From positions 8,922 to 72,921 of the forward strand of contig JAYVER010000226.1 of assembly GCA_043748725.1 (NCBI GenBank): DNA of 64,000 bases. The letters run 5' to 3'. The position numbers and the translations under genes are program-made. Of this stretch, positions 62,787-64,000 are shown one piece after another; the stretch's first letter is position 1; each line of letters begins with the position of its first letter. This stretch comes from Chloracidobacterium sp. (GTDB lineage Bacteria > Acidobacteriota > Blastocatellia > Pyrinomonadales > Pyrinomonadaceae). The notes under the pieces are model-generated. The model ran no database searches. It was not told where the DNA came from and saw nothing but the letters and a program-made list of their open reading frames with translations.

Positions 62787-63305
62787 CTATTTTAGTTCAA
62801 AGCCAGCGACCATTACTTCGATTTTACGCACAAATTCGTCAGGGGTTTCGGCAAGACGTAGTGCCTCAAGCCTGTAAATTTTGCCGTCTTTCTTGGCGAT
62901 CTTATAGTAACCGCAAAGACTTACGCCCTTTTCAACCCGTTTCGTTTCGATCACGCGATAACGCCTGGAACCTATTACTTCGCTGATGTCAGCAACGATC
63001 TCATCGCCGGGTTTCGTTAGTTTTTCTGTACTGTCATCGAGGGTTTGTCCGTCGAGAACGGTTAAATTAACACGCCCCTGCCTGATATCACCGGCGCCAT
63101 CCCCGCCAAAATCCTTCGAGTAAGATTCAAATACATATTTCGGATCGCCATTGATGATATTCAAAAAACCGTTCGGCTTTTGGATGACAAAATCTTGTGT
63201 TTCGATGGTCTCAGCCTCAAACGCCGCCGCAGCCGTCTTTTTTATCCGCGTCGAGGCATACACCATCAATCCAACGAGAATGAGTCCCAGAATGAGTATT
63301 TCCAT
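62787..63305 (-). CDS. hypothetical membrane-anchored protein
   Basis: The start was set at MEILILGLILVGL (ATG 63305). The upstream part of the long ORF is made of repeat sequence. Confidence 0.5.
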   Translation of the reverse strand: MEILILGLILVGLMVYASTRIKKTAAAAFEAETIETQDFVIQKPNGFLNIINGDPKYVFESYSKDFGGDGAGDIRQGRVNLTVLDGQTLDDSTEKLTKPGDEIVADISEVIGSRRYRVIETKRVEKGVSLCGYYKIAKKDGKIYRLEALRLAETPDEFVRKIEVMVAGFELK

Positions 63306-63314
63306 AATCGTATG

Positions 63315-63366
63315 TTCAGAGTGGGGCTTCAGCCCGTATTTACGCGATAAATCGCGCACTCTAAAC
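63315..63366. repeat. second copy of the GTTCAGAGTG...CGCGATAAATCGCGCACTCT element
   Basis: gttcagagtggggcttcagcccgtatttacgcgataaatcgcgcactctaaac. Compare 6027-6092. Confidence 0.8.
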
Positions 63367-64000
63367 GATAGCAGCTAGTTGACCGCAGGCGGCGTAAATA
63401 TCGCTGCCGCGCGGGCTGCGGACATAGGCCGAAACACCCCGCGATTCGAGTATCCATTTGAACCTGGCGACCCGCTCCGTCGTCGAAGCGGTGTAATCGA
63501 GTTGCTCCGCCCCGTTGTGCGGGATCAGGTTGACCTTTACACGTTTGAGCTGAAAGCGTTCTAACAGATCGGCGAGCGCGTTCGCATCGGCGTCGGAATC
63601 ATTCACGCCGCCGAGCATTACATATTCAAAGGTGAACCGCTCGCCACGCCGCAGGCTTCCCTCAAATTCCTTTGCCGACGTCATCAGATCATTCAGATCC
63701 CAACGGCCATTGATCGGCATCAGGCGGGTGCGCAGATCGTCCGACGCCGACGAGAGCGAGATCGCCAGATGCGGCCGATTTTCGAGCTTTGCAAATTCGT
63801 AAATTTTGGGCACGATACCGGCGGTTGAGATCGTAACGCGGTTCGGCACGATGAAGAGGCCGTCTTCGTCCGCCATAATCTCAAGCGCGGCGATCAGATT
63901 TTCAAAATTCAAAAATGGCTCGCCCGCACCCATGCCGACCAGATTGGTCCCGTGCGGAGTTTCGGCTCCGACGCCGTAAACGTCATTTAATACAATGATT
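63361..64000 (-). CDS. rlmN: 23S rRNA (adenine2503-C2)-methyltransferase RlmN (radical SAM), 5' end outside the window
   Basis: GMGAGEPFLN...ISTAGIVP...LAISL...FEYVMLGGVNDS...NLIP...ACGQLA. Confidence 0.92.
   Translation of the reverse strand, partial: IIVLNDVYGVGAETPHGTNLVGMGAGEPFLNFENLIAALEIMADEDGLFIVPNRVTISTAGIVPKIYEFAKLENRPHLAISLSSASDDLRTRLMPINGRWDLNDLMTSAKEFEGSLRRGERFTFEYVMLGGVNDSDADANALADLLERFQLKRVKVNLIPHNGAEQLDYTASTTERVARFKWILESRGVSAYVRSPRGSDIYAACGQLAAIV

Overview
This 64-kb bacterial chromosomal window looks mid-to-high GC by eye. The repeat vocabulary and gene content suggest an Acidobacteriota-like genome, but that is a low-confidence inference. In order, the window contains: (1) the 3' part of a GT9 heptosyltransferase gene. 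(2) A small decayed accessory islet at about 620-2800, with a frameshifted gene, a nonsense-mutated HigB/Gp49-like toxin beside an intact HigA-like antitoxin, a phased direct-repeat array and a small Cys-rich ORF. (3) The conserved ffh-rpsP-KH-rimM-trmD-rplS-rnhB cluster, interrupted between ffh and rpsP by an AT-rich two-gene toxin-antitoxin-like insert. (4) Housekeeping genes (MBL hydrolase, SDR, GNAT, pdxH, DUF1015, pterin dehydratase), a TacA/TacT-type TA pair, and icd followed by a 1.4-kb islet that ends in a displaced second icd 3' end. (5) A polysaccharide locus of about 26 kb and 24 genes, all on the minus strand (18913-45213). (6) thiC with a TPP riboswitch, two PQQ-type sugar dehydrogenases, ppk2, bshA, an ECF sigma / anti-sigma / beta-propeller module, an M28 peptidase, acpS, pgeF and the 3' part of rlmN. 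I recognised no rRNA, tRNA, CRISPR array, integrase or transposase. The most unusual signal is architectural. Many of the larger intergenic gaps, plus at least two coding sequences, hold arrays of short words repeated at a strict 7-, 9- or 10-bp period. These arrays usually occur as inverted pairs. The word differs from locus to locus. Such arrays bracket the two orphan cassette genes in the window (a GxxExxY protein and a four-helix-bundle / 23S-IVS-type protein).
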